Origin: Nitrospirota bacterium
GTDB lineage: Bacteria; Nitrospirota; Thermodesulfovibrionia; Thermodesulfovibrionales; UBA9159
DNA length: 64,000 nucleotides
Direction of reading: 5' to 3'
Assembly (NCBI GenBank): GCA_963699545.1
Contig: CAVOUE010000006.1
Coordinates: 384,001-448,000, forward strand
Shown here piece by piece: positions 1-11,256 of the stretch (positions are counted from its first letter, which is position 1; each line of letters starts with the position of its first letter). Below the pieces are notes generated by a model that saw nothing but the letters and a program-made list of their open reading frames with translations, was not told where the DNA came from and did no database searches. Both the position numbers and the translations under genes were made by a program.

Positions 1-62
1 GGTCCGATCAGGAGTGCCGCCAGAAAAAATAGTGCGAATGAAAAGATTTCCTTTTTTGGCAT
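1..62 (-). CDS. N-terminus of an exported or membrane protein running off the window edge
   Basis: ATG at 62 reads MPKKEIFSFALFFLAALLIG, a basic then hydrophobic signal-peptide pattern. Confidence 0.5.
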   Translation of the reverse strand, partial: MPKKEIFSFALFFLAALLIG

Positions 63-130
63 GATGCAGGCCTTTTATAAAGATTACCATTTTTTCGGTA
101 AGAGCGGAGAGCCCCTCCCTGAGCATTGTG

Positions 131-159
131 TTGACGTCTTACCCGACATCTGATAGATT
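131..159 (+). promoter_or_regulatory. sigma70-type promoter
   Basis: TTGACG-17 bp-TAGATT upstream of ORF 178. Confidence 0.55.
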
Positions 160-177
160 ATTTACAGAGCGGGGGTT

Positions 178-657
178 ATGAGAAAAGGTGCATTCCCATT
201 ACAGGACATGATATCGCGCGTCAACAAGAATAGCATTTTCATCCTTCTCTTTTCTATTTACTTCCTTTCTTATGCGGTCTCGCCGCTCTCCTATAGTCTT
301 ACGGAACAGAACGCCAGTGAGAATATCTCCTCAGCCGGGAAGGCCCCTTGGCCCGCAAAAAATATTCGTATTTTCTTATGGGAACTTATCTGCGCACAAT
401 TTTCTGTAGCAGAGGATGATACCAGCACACATTCAACTTTCAGGATCCTTGTTAAGAAAGCACGGGCGGTCATACCTCAGAACACCCTTGCGAAATTGAC
501 ACCGTCGGTGGAAAGTGCAATCACGATCGGCATTTGTCTTTTTCTGCTTCTGTTGTCCCTATCTCCTCTTCAAAACAGATACAATTCACGAACTCGAAAG
601 GGGTTCTCTCCCCTTTATCGGGATCGTTCTCCCCCTTATCGGCAGTTCCGCATATGA
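178..657 (+). CDS. Hypothetical membrane protein ending in an RSPP motif (candidate regulatory leader/arrest peptide)
   Basis: N-terminal hydrophobic segment, second hydrophobic segment, RSPP at codons 625-636; alternative start at 208. Confidence 0.6.
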   Translation: MRKGAFPLQDMISRVNKNSIFILLFSIYFLSYAVSPLSYSLTEQNASENISSAGKAPWPAKNIRIFLWELICAQFSVAEDDTSTHSTFRILVKKARAVIPQNTLAKLTPSVESAITIGICLFLLLLSLSPLQNRYNSRTRKGFSPLYRDRSPPYRQFRI

Positions 658-735
658 AGCTTCTCTCTCACGTTACAAGACATTTCGCGTGCGTGTGACG
701 CGAGTCTTATTCTTTTCCGAAAGGGGGTGAGAACC

Positions 736-1017
736 GTGCAAAAGATTGTGTTTCTCCTGGCAACACTCAGCATTTTAATGATTTCTTCTTACGGGTGCGC
801 CTCGAAAGAATATGTGAAACAGCAGATTGATCCGCTCGTAGACAGGATCAGCAAACTCGAGGCAATGACCGAAGGCTTGAAGGATTGCTGCAACAAGGCA
901 GATGCCGCAGCTCAAAGGGCAGAAGCTGCTGCAAGGGAGGCGCAGGCCGCTGCAAAGAAGGCTGAGGCCGCAGCTGAAAAGTCAGCAAAGTCTTTCGACT
1001 TACACCAGAAGAAATAG
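736..1017 (+). CDS. Lpp/OprI-like alanine-zipper lipoprotein
   Basis: Lipobox SYG-C, Ala-rich coiled coil, C-terminal KK; AAGGGGG SD at 721-727 favours the GTG at 736 (ORF track starts at 727). Confidence 0.85.
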   Translation: MQKIVFLLATLSILMISSYGCASKEYVKQQIDPLVDRISKLEAMTEGLKDCCNKADAAAQRAEAAAREAQAAAKKAEAAAEKSAKSFDLHQKK

Positions 1018-1022
1018 TACCT

Positions 1023-1064
1023 CAGCTGACAAGCCCGTTCCTCCCTGAATGGGCTTGTCAGCTG
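1023..1064 (+). terminator. Hairpin terminator after the lipoprotein gene
   Basis: 18-bp stem cagctgacaagcccgttc / gaatgggcttgtcagctg with one G-U pair and a 6-nt loop; weak U-tract. Confidence 0.65.
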
Positions 1065-1266
1065 TCTCTCAGTGAACGGACTGACCGTATGTCCCAGGGT
1101 ATCCGAATAACGAGATGGATGAACACATGCCTTTTGTCCTGGTGCCGCAGATCCTCTCCCTCATTCGAAACGATATGCCCTGCCATGAGGGGAACCTGTG
1201 GATATGCATTGATTGGGAAACCGGAGGAGATGCGCGCGCCCCGGTCATACGGTAGTCTTTCCGGGG

Positions 1267-1674
1267 CTATTCCGTCGGGGGAAGTGTCAGACTTGCAAAG
1301 TGTCTCTTACTCAACATCTTCTCCACCTGTTTCCTCACCTCAACCCAGACAGGATGAATAGTGCACGTTCCGCTTAACCTGCACATCTTCTTATCGAGGG
1401 CGCATATGTTCATCACAACGGGTCCCTGCACCGCCTCGATGACATCGAGGAGGTTAATTTGTCTCGGCTTTCTCGCGAGCCGGAACCCTCCCTTCACCCC
1501 CCGATAAGACTTCACGATGTTCGCCCTGGCAAGCTTCTGCAGAATCTTTGCGAGAAAGCTTTTCGGCGTATCCATGTTTCGTGCAATCTCATCCACCATG
1601 GTCACCTCATCTTCCTTGCCGGCAAGGTAGAAAACACAGCGGATCGCATAGTCTGTTTCACGCGTTATCTGCAT
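1267..1674 (-). CDS. Rrf2-family transcriptional regulator
   Basis: TRETDYAIR start, SYRGVKGGFRLAR wing motif, three C-terminal Cys (C-x6-C-x5-C). Confidence 0.92.
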   Translation of the reverse strand: MQITRETDYAIRCVFYLAGKEDEVTMVDEIARNMDTPKSFLAKILQKLARANIVKSYRGVKGGFRLARKPRQINLLDVIEAVQGPVVMNICALDKKMCRLSGTCTIHPVWVEVRKQVEKMLSKRHFASLTLPPTE

Positions 1675-2011
1675 GGATCATGCCTTTCCTTTGAGCGTTC
1701 GCCTCCAGCCGAGGGTCTCCCCGGCAATAAGGCGTACCATCAATATGATTCTTTCTCTCCCTGTATGTCAAGTCGAGCAGTAGTATGCCGGAAAACCGTG
1801 CACATCCGGATCCGCCGGGAGACTGTTGCGCGACTGTCACGTGCATCCTTCCTGACTATCCACGCTGCTTCGTTCGTGGTATTCTTTATATAATGAATTC
1901 AGGCTTATCTGTTCTTGGACTTTGGGAATCGCGTCTTGCCAAAAAAAAGGAGGCGTGGTTGCGCGTGAACATACCCTCTGTGGATGGTGGCAGGCATGAG
2001 GAAGTCCCCTC

Positions 2012-4699
2012 ATGTCAATAAAGAACCTTGAGGTCTTTTTCAATCCAAAAAGGATAGCGGTCATCGGGGCCAGCGAGGACCCTGATTCCACGGGATATTT
2101 CATCCTCCGGAATATGATCGGCAAGGGTTTTAAGGGAGTCGTGTATCCGGTCAATCCCCTGTCAGAATCAGTACAGGGCGTCGAGGCGTACAGGACCATC
2201 TCGGATATCCCCCATGCAGTGGATCTGGCCATCCTTGCCAGGCCCTTTGAAGAGATCCCTGCAGCACTTGAAGAATGCGGAAAGAAAGGCGTCAAAGGGA
2301 TCTCGATCATCTGTCCCGACTTCGAACCTTCCGTGGAGGACAGGCGGTTCTTTCCCCGGATACAACAGCTCTCTTCAAAATACGAGTTCAGGCTCCTGGG
2401 GCCTAACACGCTGGGCTTTATACGGCCCAGCATCAATCTCAACGCCAGTCTTTTCCCGAAGATGCCGAAAAGCGGGTCCACTGCCTTCATTTCCCAGAGC
2501 GCTACTCTCACCACTGCGCTTCTGGACAGGGCCATAGACAAGAACTTCGGGTTCAGCTATATCATTTCCCTGGGGACAAAAATGGATCTCGGTTTTTCCG
2601 ACCTCATCGATTTTCTTGGCGTTGATCCGAAAACAAGGGCGATCATCCTCTATATCGAACACATTTCGAGAGGCCGCACATTCATGGCTGCCGTGCGGAG
2701 CTTTGCAAGGAGCAAGCCCATCGTCGTAGTGAAGTCCGGCACGTCCGATATCTCCGCCCGGGTGGCATTGACCCATTCAGGGGTCCTGGCGGGAGAAGAC
2801 AAGGTCTATGATGCGGTTTTTAAAAGAGCGGGCGCGGTAAGGATTGATGAGATCCTCGATCTCTTCTACCTTGCCGAGACCCTTTCCCAGGAGAGGAGGC
2901 CAAAGGGAAAGCGTCTCGCCATCATTACCAATGCCGACGCACCGTCCATCATCGCGGTGGACACCCTCCTGCGGCTGGAGGGGGAGCTCTCGACCCTGGG
3001 CGAGGATACCATAAGAAATCTGCGCGAAAGCATCCCGGCGGTAAGACAGGTCCGGAACCCTGTCAATCTCATCACCAATGCCTCTCCTGCCGACTATAAG
3101 ATTGCCGTGGAGAACTGCTTGAAAGATCCCAATGTGGACGGGATTCTCGTGATCCATGTTCCTAACTTTGGCGCACAGCCCCAGAAGACAGCAGAAGCCA
3201 TTGTTTCAGCAAAACACGACAATCCCGCGGTACCCCTCTTCACCGTCTGGATGGGAGGCGGGCTTGTGCAGTCTGCCAGGGAGTTCCTGAACAGCAAGGC
3301 GATGCCGACCTTTGTCACTCCCGAACAGGCGGTAAGGAGTTTTATCTATCTGTACCGCTATGACTATAATCTTCAGCTTCTCCAGGAAACACCGGAAACC
3401 ATCCTGAGGGACTTCTCTCCTGACAGAGATAAGGCAAGGAAGGCCGTGAAGGAGGCCCTGGATCAAAAGAGGCTCGTGCTGCACATGAACGAAGTCAAAG
3501 AGATCCTCCAGGCCTATGGTATCCCGGTAATCGCCACGGAAAGGGCAGAGAGCGAAGATGAAGCTGTTCGTTTTTCTGAAGAGATCGGTTACCCTGTTGT
3601 TCTGAAGGTCGAATCGGAAATGACCTTCCACAAAAGAGAAATCGGTGGGCTCATCTTTAATCTGAAAAACGAGGGCTCGGTCCGGAAAGCGTTCAAGAAA
3701 CTCAAGAACCCGGCCGTTTCCAAAGGAGATCCCGAAGCCTATGTCCTGGTCCAGCCGATGATCACGCAGCACGGTCATGAACTGGTCATAGGGGCGAGAA
3801 AGGATCCCGCCTTCGGTTCGGTCATAGTCTTCGGTACAGCCGGCGAACTCCTTGAGACCTTCGGCGATTACGCGGTGGGATTGCCGCCTCTCAACCAGAC
3901 ACTGGCGAGGCGGCTGATGGAGGAGACAAAGGTCGGCAAATTCCTGCTCACCCAGGACCACCACGAGGACACCCTGAGACTGCTGGAGGAGATGCTGGTA
4001 CGCTTTTCCTATCTTCTCGTGGATTTCCCCGGCATTAAAGAGATCGATATCAACCCGTTCTTCGTCACCAGGGGGAAGGGTTTTGCACTTGACGCGGGAA
4101 TCATACTCGAAAAAGAAGTATCCCAGGATATGGCAGGGTTCAAAGGATATCTCTGTCCGCCCCACCTCTCCATCTGTCCGTACCCGTTTCAATATGTCCG
4201 GGAGATCTCCCTCGACAACGGGGTCCCTGCCCTTATACGCCCGATACGTCCTGAAGATGAACCGCTTATCTATGACCTCTTCAGAACACTGTCAGAGGAG
4301 AGTATCGTATCCAGGTTCAATCAGCGCCTTACCGATATACCCCACGAGCGACTCGCCCGATACTGCCAACTGGATTACGAAAGAGAGCTGGCCTTCGTAG
4401 CAGCGATCAAGGAAAGCCCCGGAAAGGAGCAGGTCATCGCTGATGTGAGGATGCTGAAAATGCCGGATCTCGAGACAGCAGAGCTGGCGATCCTCGTGAC
4501 CGATGAGTGGCAGGGCCACGGCATCGGCACGGTGCTTATTGATTACTGCATCAAGATCGCACGGGAACTGGAGATCCGGACGCTCTGGATGGAAATCCTG
4601 AGGACAAACGCAAAGATGCTGCACCTCGCAAAGGGCTCGGGCTTCAAAGAGGCCCACACGGACGACGATATGGTGCGGGTAGTTCTCGAACTCGAGTAA
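2012..4699 (+). CDS. Pat/Pka-type fusion of an ADP-forming acyl-CoA synthetase-like domain and a C-terminal GNAT acetyltransferase
   Basis: FNPKRIAVIGAS CoA-binding start, GPNTLG, ATP-grasp GYPVVLK, GNAT motif WQGHGIG. Confidence 0.9.
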   Translation: MSIKNLEVFFNPKRIAVIGASEDPDSTGYFILRNMIGKGFKGVVYPVNPLSESVQGVEAYRTISDIPHAVDLAILARPFEEIPAALEECGKKGVKGISIICPDFEPSVEDRRFFPRIQQLSSKYEFRLLGPNTLGFIRPSINLNASLFPKMPKSGSTAFISQSATLTTALLDRAIDKNFGFSYIISLGTKMDLGFSDLIDFLGVDPKTRAIILYIEHISRGRTFMAAVRSFARSKPIVVVKSGTSDISARVALTHSGVLAGEDKVYDAVFKRAGAVRIDEILDLFYLAETLSQERRPKGKRLAIITNADAPSIIAVDTLLRLEGELSTLGEDTIRNLRESIPAVRQVRNPVNLITNASPADYKIAVENCLKDPNVDGILVIHVPNFGAQPQKTAEAIVSAKHDNPAVPLFTVWMGGGLVQSAREFLNSKAMPTFVTPEQAVRSFIYLYRYDYNLQLLQETPETILRDFSPDRDKARKAVKEALDQKRLVLHMNEVKEILQAYGIPVIATERAESEDEAVRFSEEIGYPVVLKVESEMTFHKREIGGLIFNLKNEGSVRKAFKKLKNPAVSKGDPEAYVLVQPMITQHGHELVIGARKDPAFGSVIVFGTAGELLETFGDYAVGLPPLNQTLARRLMEETKVGKFLLTQDHHEDTLRLLEEMLVRFSYLLVDFPGIKEIDINPFFVTRGKGFALDAGIILEKEVSQDMAGFKGYLCPPHLSICPYPFQYVREISLDNGVPALIRPIRPEDEPLIYDLFRTLSEESIVSRFNQRLTDIPHERLARYCQLDYERELAFVAAIKESPGKEQVIADVRMLKMPDLETAELAILVTDEWQGHGIGTVLIDYCIKIARELEIRTLWMEILRTNAKMLHLAKGSGFKEAHTDDDMVRVVLELE

Positions 4700-4733
4700 T
4701 ACCCTTGCCTCGTCTCATGTCAGGGGACAGGCG

Positions 4734-5654
4734 TCACCCGACTTTCAGCATCTCCCCAATGGTGATCCCTACCGATTCAGCGAGGGACTCCAGATCATAT
4801 CCGCCTTCGAGGACGAATACCATGGGACAGGACGACGAGGTGAGAATGCCCCGCACGATGCCCCATATGCCCTCGCTGGTGATCTTGATCTCCGCGTGCG
4901 GATCGTTCACGTGAATATCATAGCCGGCGGAAACAAGAATGAGGTCAGGCCTGAACCTTCTCACAAGGTCGGGGAGAATGTCCTGATAAATGATGAGATA
5001 ATCCTTGTTCCCGGAGCCTTTCAATACCGGAACGTTATAGGTATATCCGGTTCCTCTCCCCTTCCCCCGCTCCATGTCCTTTCCGGTATCTGGATAATAG
5101 GGATACTGGTGCGTGCTGAAATAGAAGACCGTATCGTCCTCTTCAAATATATGCTCAGTGCCATTACCGTGATGTGCGTCAAAATCGGCAATAAACACTC
5201 TTTCATATCCCGTCTTTTGCGCATGCCGTGCACCTATGGCGACGTTGTTAAAGAGGCAGAAACCCATTCCCCCGTCAGCCTCTGCATGATGCCCGGGAGG
5301 ACGCACAGCACAAAACGCCCTGGTTATCTCGCCGTCCCTGCATTTTTCGATCGCCCCCATGACCGAACCGACCGCATACAAAGCCGCTTCCAGACTCCCT
5401 GCTGAAGTGTAGGTATCCGGGTCCAGGCACCCTTCGCCGAAGGTCCTCATCTTCTCGACGTATTCCGGGGTATGGACAAGGGCGATGTCCTGAAAACCGG
5501 CCTTGGGGGGGTTGATGCGGATGAGATTGTCCCATAAGCCTGTATTCTTTAAGCTTTCACGTATACAGACCAGGCGGGCTTTCCTATCGGGATGCCACGG
5601 CGGAGGTTCATGCTTCAGCATGACATCGTCATAGAGGAATCCGACCCTGTGCAT
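4734..5654 (-). CDS. Zn-dependent histone deacetylase-family protein
   Basis: RPPGHHA, GFCLFNN, DAHHGNG, SAGYD and LEGGY motifs. Confidence 0.95.
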   Translation of the reverse strand: MHRVGFLYDDVMLKHEPPPWHPDRKARLVCIRESLKNTGLWDNLIRINPPKAGFQDIALVHTPEYVEKMRTFGEGCLDPDTYTSAGSLEAALYAVGSVMGAIEKCRDGEITRAFCAVRPPGHHAEADGGMGFCLFNNVAIGARHAQKTGYERVFIADFDAHHGNGTEHIFEEDDTVFYFSTHQYPYYPDTGKDMERGKGRGTGYTYNVPVLKGSGNKDYLIIYQDILPDLVRRFRPDLILVSAGYDIHVNDPHAEIKITSEGIWGIVRGILTSSSCPMVFVLEGGYDLESLAESVGITIGEMLKVG

Positions 5655-5700
5655 ATCTGATTATACCTGAAAGAGGATGAGCTTCCAAAGGGAACGGGGC

Positions 5701-8407
5701 TTACGCCCTTGCTATCAGCTCCCGCAGCACGCAAGGGAGAATCCCTCCGTGCCGGTAGTAGTCCACTTCGATGGCGGTGTCGATACGGGACAGGAGCGTC
5801 ACTTCTTTCCTGCTACCGTCCCTGCGCCTGATCACCAGGGTGATGTCCTGCTGCGGCCTGAGGTCTTCCAGTCCTCGGATGTCGAATTCCTCATCTCCCT
5901 TGATAGCGAGGGATTGAACCGAATCATCGCCCTTGAACTGGAGCGGCAGCACTCCCATGCCCACGAGGTTGGAGCGGTGGATACGTTCGAAGCTCTTCGC
6001 TATCACCGCTCTGATACCGAGGAGTTGCGTGCCTTTGGCCGCCCAGTCACGGGAAGAGCCGGTACCGTATTCATCGCCGCCGAAAACCACGGTCGGAGTG
6101 CCCTGGGCCACGTATTTCATCGCAGCGTCATATATGAACATCTGCTCTGCCGGATGGCTGAAAGAGTGTGAGGCCGCCCTCTGCACGTGTGCCGTCACCT
6201 TTTGGAGGCAGCATGAGGTTCTTGATGCGCACATTGGCGAACGTGCCACGGATCATGACCTCATGGTTGCCTCTGCGGGTACCGTAGCTCTGGAAGTCGG
6301 CCTTTGCCACGCCGTTCTCCAGCAGATACGTTCCTGCAGGAGAGGTCTCCTTGATCGTGCCTGCAGGACTGATATGGTCGGTGGTAACGGAATCTCCAAA
6401 AATCCCCAGAGCCCGGGCGCCGGTGATCTCACGTATTGTGCCCGACTGCATACTGAAATTCTCGAAAAAAGGAGGCTCCGCGATGTACGTGGATCTCGGC
6501 CAGTTGTACACCTTGCCCGAAGAGAAGGCACGGCGTTCCACAATGGATGGTCTTTGGTAAGATCCGAGTAAAGTCTCCGGAAGGTATCCGGGTCAGTGGC
6601 ATATTTCATCACAGCTGCGACTTCAGCGCTGGCGGGCCATACGTCCCTCAGATAGACCGGACGTCCATCTTTACCGGTGCCAAGAGGGTCCTCCTCCATA
6701 TTCCTGAGCACAGTTCCGGCGAGGGCAAAGGCCACAACAAGAGGAGGGCTCATCAGGAAGTTGGCACGGAGGTGAGGATGGATGCGAGCCTCAAAGTTGC
6801 GGTTGCCGGAAAGGACTGCAGCACAGACGAGATCGTTCCGGACAATCGTCTCTTCTATCCCCTCATCCAGCGGTCCTGCATTGCCGATGCAGGTGGTGCA
6901 GCCATACGCGGCAAGGTAAAAGCCGAGCTTTTCGAGGTAGGGCAGGAGACCGGCCTTCTTCAGATACTCGGTCACGACCCGTGAACCCGGCGCGAGGGAG
7001 GTCTTGACATGCTTCTTCACCGTGAGGCCCTTTTCGACCGCCTTCTTTGCCAGCAGACCGGCGGCAAGGAGCACAGCCGGGTTAGAGGTATTGGTACAGG
7101 AAGTAATGGCTGCGATGACCACATCTCCTGAACCTATGTCAATGCCATCCCTGGTCGTGAAGCGCTTTGGAAGATCCTCCGTTTTACTGCCAAAGCCGTT
7201 TTCTGCCGCCGGTTTGGTGAACAAATCAGCGAACGTGTCCCCGAGGTCGGAAAGGTCGATGCGGTCCTGGGGTCGCCTTGGACCTGCCACAGACGGCTTT
7301 ATGCCAGAGAGGTCCACTTCCAGGACTCTTCGAGTAGTCGATCTCTCCAGCCCTTGGTATGCCATACATTCCCTGGGCCTTGAAGTATGCCCGGAACGCC
7401 GAGATCTCATCATCGGTGCGGCCGCTGCTTCGGAAAAAATCCACGGTGACATCGTCCACCGGAAAGAAGCCCATGGTCGCGCCGTATTCCGGCGCCATAT
7501 TGGCAACAGTGGCCCGGTCAGGCAGCGCCAAGGGAAGAAGTCGCCCTCTCCGAAGAACTCCACAAACTTTCCGACCACTTTTTCCCTGCGGAGCATTTCG
7601 GTGATCGAAAGGACCAGGTCTGTGGCGGTTACCCCCTCCTTCAGTCTACCCTTGAGATTCACGCCCACGACGTCGGGAGTAAGGAAATAGACCGGCTGGC
7701 CGAGCATTCCCGCCTCCGCCTCGATGCCGCCTACCCCCCATCCCACAACGCCGATACCGTTGATCATGGTGGTGTGGCTGTCAGTGCCCACAAGGGTATC
7801 AGGGTAATACACGCCTCCTTTGTGGTGCACACCCCGGGCCAGGTATTCAAGGTTGACCTGGTGGACAATGCCGATACCCGGAGGCACCACCCTGAAGGTC
7901 TCGAAGGCGTTCATGCCCCATTTCAGAAACTGGTAGCGCTCCCTGTTGCGGGTGAACTCCATTTCCATGTTCTTCCGGAGCGCATCGGGTTCCCCGTAAC
8001 AATCGATCTGGACTGAGTGGTCCACGACCAGATCCACGGGAACCAGGGGCTCGATGATCCCGGGATCTTTCCCCATCGTGTGATGCAACGCCGCGCATGG
8101 CCGCCAGATCGCAGAGGAGGGGAACACCGGTGAAGTCCTGGAGAACGATGCGCGCCACCACAAAGGGGATCTCTTCGGTGCGTGACGCAGTGGGGCTCCA
8201 GCCGGCAAGCTGCTTCACATGTTCTTCAGTGATCTTTTTGCCGTCAAAATTCCGCAGAACCGATTCCAGCACGATACGGATGGATACGGGCAAACGGGAG
8301 ATCCTGCCGATCCCCGCCCGCTCCAGAGCAGGAAGGGAATAGAACTTCCCTTTCCTGCCATTGCCTGGGTCGAATTCCTGGAATGCGTTGAAAAGGTTAT
8401 GGCTCAT
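5701..8407 (-). CDS. acnA: Aconitate hydratase AcnA family (probable 2-methylisocitrate dehydratase role), broken by several frameshifts
   Basis: Fragments in alternating frames carry [52 protein letters not shown]; shifts near 8085, 7530, 7325, 6530 and 6150. Confidence 0.9.
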
Positions 8408-8442
8408 GGTGCTTTCCTGCAATAACAAATTAAGAGTTTCTA

Positions 8443-9895
8443 TCATATGACGAACATGTCGACGAATTCATTCACCGGCATCGCCTTCCAGTCCAGCCTG
8501 GTCCAGACAGACATCGAGGATCGCCTTCTGCTGCTTTGCCGGGAAGCGGCGGGCAAGGTTCGTCTTGAACTTCTCCACCAGCACCGGCATGCCTTCCTTG
8601 CGGCGGCGGCGGTGGCCGATGGGATATTCCACCACCACTTCCGGCAGCCTGGTGCCGTCCTTCAGCTCCACTGTGAGGCCATTGGCGATGGAGCGCTTCT
8701 CAGGATCATGGTAGTCCCTGGTGAACTGCGGGTCCTCGACGCACTCGATCTTGTCGCGCAGCGCATCGATGCGCGGGTCGGCAGCCACGTTGTCCTCGTA
8801 GTCGGCAGCGGTGAGTCGTCCGAAGATGAGGGGCACGGCGACCATGTACTGTATGCAGTGGTCCCGGTCCGCGGGATTGTTGAGCGGGCCCTTCTTGTCG
8901 ATGATGCGGATTGCCGCCTCGTGGGTGCGGATGGTGATCTTCTTGATGTCATCCGTGCTCCTGCCCATCTCCTTGAGCTTGCCGTGCAGCGTCATGGCGC
9001 ACTCCACAGCCGTCTGGGAATGGAACTCGGCCGGGAAGGATATCTTGAAGAGCACATGCTCCATGACATAGGAGCCGTAGGGCCTCTGGAACTTGAATTC
9101 ATTGCCCTTGAAGAGGACATCGTAGAAGCCCCAGGTCTTGGCCGTCAGCGCAGAAGGATAGCCCATCTCGCCCTTCAGTGCCATGAGCGCCAGTCTCACA
9201 CCGCGGGCCGTGGCATCGCCTGCTGCCCAGGATTTTCGGGAGCCGGTGTTCGGGGCATGGCGGTAGGTTCTGAGGGACTGGCCGTCTATCCATGCATTGG
9301 AGAGCGCGTTGATCACCTCTTCCTTGCTGCCGCCCAGCATCCTGGTAACGACCGCGGTCGTGGCGACCTTCACCAGGACGACGTGGTCGAGACCGACACG
9401 GTTAAAGGAGTTTTCCAGGGCGATCACTCCCTGGATCTCGTGCGCCTTGATCATGGCGGTCAACACGTCCTTCATCAGCATCGGCTTCTTTCCCTCTGCA
9501 ACGGCCTTGCGTGAAAGGTAATCCGCCGTCGCAAGGATGCCTCCCAGATTGTCCGAGGGATGGCCCCATTCTGCAGCCAGCCAGGTGTCGTTGAAGTCCA
9601 GCCAGCGGATCATGGCGCCGATGTTGAAGGCCGCCTGCACAGGGTCGAGCTGGAACTGCGTGCCCGGGACCTTTGCGCCGTTGGGGACAACGGTGCCCGG
9701 AACGATGGGACCCAGGAGCTTTGTGCAGGCCGGATACCCTAACGCCTCAAGTCCGCAGCCCAGGGTGTCGATGAGACAGTTACGGGCGGTGTCATAGGCC
9801 TCATCAGATTTGATCTCATAGTCGCAGACATAGTCCGCGATATCCACCAGGACCTTGTCAGGATCAGGGCGGACATTGGAGATGTGTGAACCCAT
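8443..9895 (-). CDS. prpD: 2-methylcitrate dehydratase (frameshift near the C-terminus)
   Basis: [21 protein letters not shown] motif; alternate-frame tail [13 protein letters not shown] ends at 8443. Confidence 0.95.
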
Positions 9896-10083
9896 AGTTC
9901 TACCTCTTCCTTTTCCTTAGAATTGTTCAAAGCAAAAAATCGCAGCGGAACGCGGGCTTCACCGGTCCGTTTGCATCAGGCGGTCCGGGAGATAAGGGCA
10001 CGAGCCCCTGTTCCGACCATCATTCCCGGTGCCGTTCAGATGCGGCTGGCATTTTACCTTTTTCAGCGCAGCAACAGCAAGCA

Positions 10084-11256
10084 CTATGCTGTTCCGGCCT
10101 TATTCCTGTCCTTTATCGGCACATATCTCCGGTCTTCCTCGCCGATGTAATTGGCGGAAGGCCGGATGATCTTGTTGTCCAGGCGCTGCTCGATGACATG
10201 TGCTCCCCAGCCGGTGGTCCGCGAGATCACAAAGATGGGAGTGAACATGGCGGTCGGAACGCCCAGCATGTGATACGACACCGCGGAATACCAGTCCAGG
10301 TTGGCGAACATGTTCTTCTCCCTCTTCATGACCGCCTCGATGCGGTCGGCGACGGCAAAGAGATTCATGTTGTCGCCGTCGCTGCAGAGGTTCTTTGCGA
10401 GTTCCTTGATGATGGGGTTCCTCGGGTCACTCACCGTATATACCGGATGTCCGAAGCCGATGATGATCTCCTTGTTGGCGACCCGCGCCCTGATGTCGGC
10501 CTCAGCTTCGTCAGCAGTGCGGTAACGTCTCTGGATCTCGTGGGCCGCTTCGTTGGCGCCGCCGTGCTTCGGCCCGCGGAGGGCGCCGATGGCGCCGGTG
10601 ATGGCGGAATACACATCAGAGAGCGTCCCGGTGATCACGCGCGCAGCAAAGGTGGATGCGGTGAACTCGTGCTCTGCGTAGAGGATCAGGGACTGGTCAA
10701 GGGCCTTCTCATGGAGAGGCGAAGGCTTCCTGCCGTGCAGCAGGTGCAGGAAATGGCCTGCCACCGAGTCGTCGTCCGTTTCGACCTCGATCCTGCGGCC
10801 GTTCTGGCTGTAATGCCACCAGTAGAGGAGCATGGAACCGAAGGACGCCACCAGCCGGTCTATGATGTCCCGCGCGCCCTGAATATTGCGGTCGTCCTTC
10901 TCGGGAAGCACAGTGCCGAGGACGGAACATCCGGTGCGGAGCACGTCCATGGGATGGGCTGCAGCAGGAATGTGTTCCAGCACCGTCTTCACCTGGGCCG
11001 GCAGACCGCGCAGGCTCTTCAGTTTCTTTACGTAGTCCTTCAGTTCCGACTGAGTGGGCAGATTGCCGTGGACGAGGAGATAGGCAACCTCTTCAAAGGT
11101 CGATCTCCTCGCAAGCTCAACGATGTCATAGCCCCGGTAGTGCAGGTCATTTCCGGTACGCCCCACGGTGCAGACCGCGGTATTGCCGGCGATCACGCCG
11201 GAGAGGGCAACGGATTTTTTCACTTTTGTCGCGATGACTTCTGTGTTATTGCTCAT
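10084..11256 (-). CDS. prpC: 2-methylcitrate synthase
   Basis: KKSVALSG start, [16 protein letters not shown]; lies between prpB and prpD. Confidence 0.95.
   Translation of the reverse strand: MSNNTEVIATKVKKSVALSGVIAGNTAVCTVGRTGNDLHYRGYDIVELARRSTFEEVAYLLVHGNLPTQSELKDYVKKLKSLRGLPAQVKTVLEHIPAAAHPMDVLRTGCSVLGTVLPEKDDRNIQGARDIIDRLVASFGSMLLYWWHYSQNGRRIEVETDDDSVAGHFLHLLHGRKPSPLHEKALDQSLILYAEHEFTASTFAARVITGTLSDVYSAITGAIGALRGPKHGGANEAAHEIQRRYRTADEAEADIRARVANKEIIIGFGHPVYTVSDPRNPIIKELAKNLCSDGDNMNLFAVADRIEAVMKREKNMFANLDWYSAVSYHMLGVPTAMFTPIFVISRTTGWGAHVIEQRLDNKIIRPSANYIGEEDRRYVPIKDRNKAGTA

Noticed and set aside
2391-2401. 11-bp match GGCTCCTGGGG to the tRNA-Asn 3' region as an att repeat
   Set aside because: Short, lies inside an intact CDS, and no integrase is nearby
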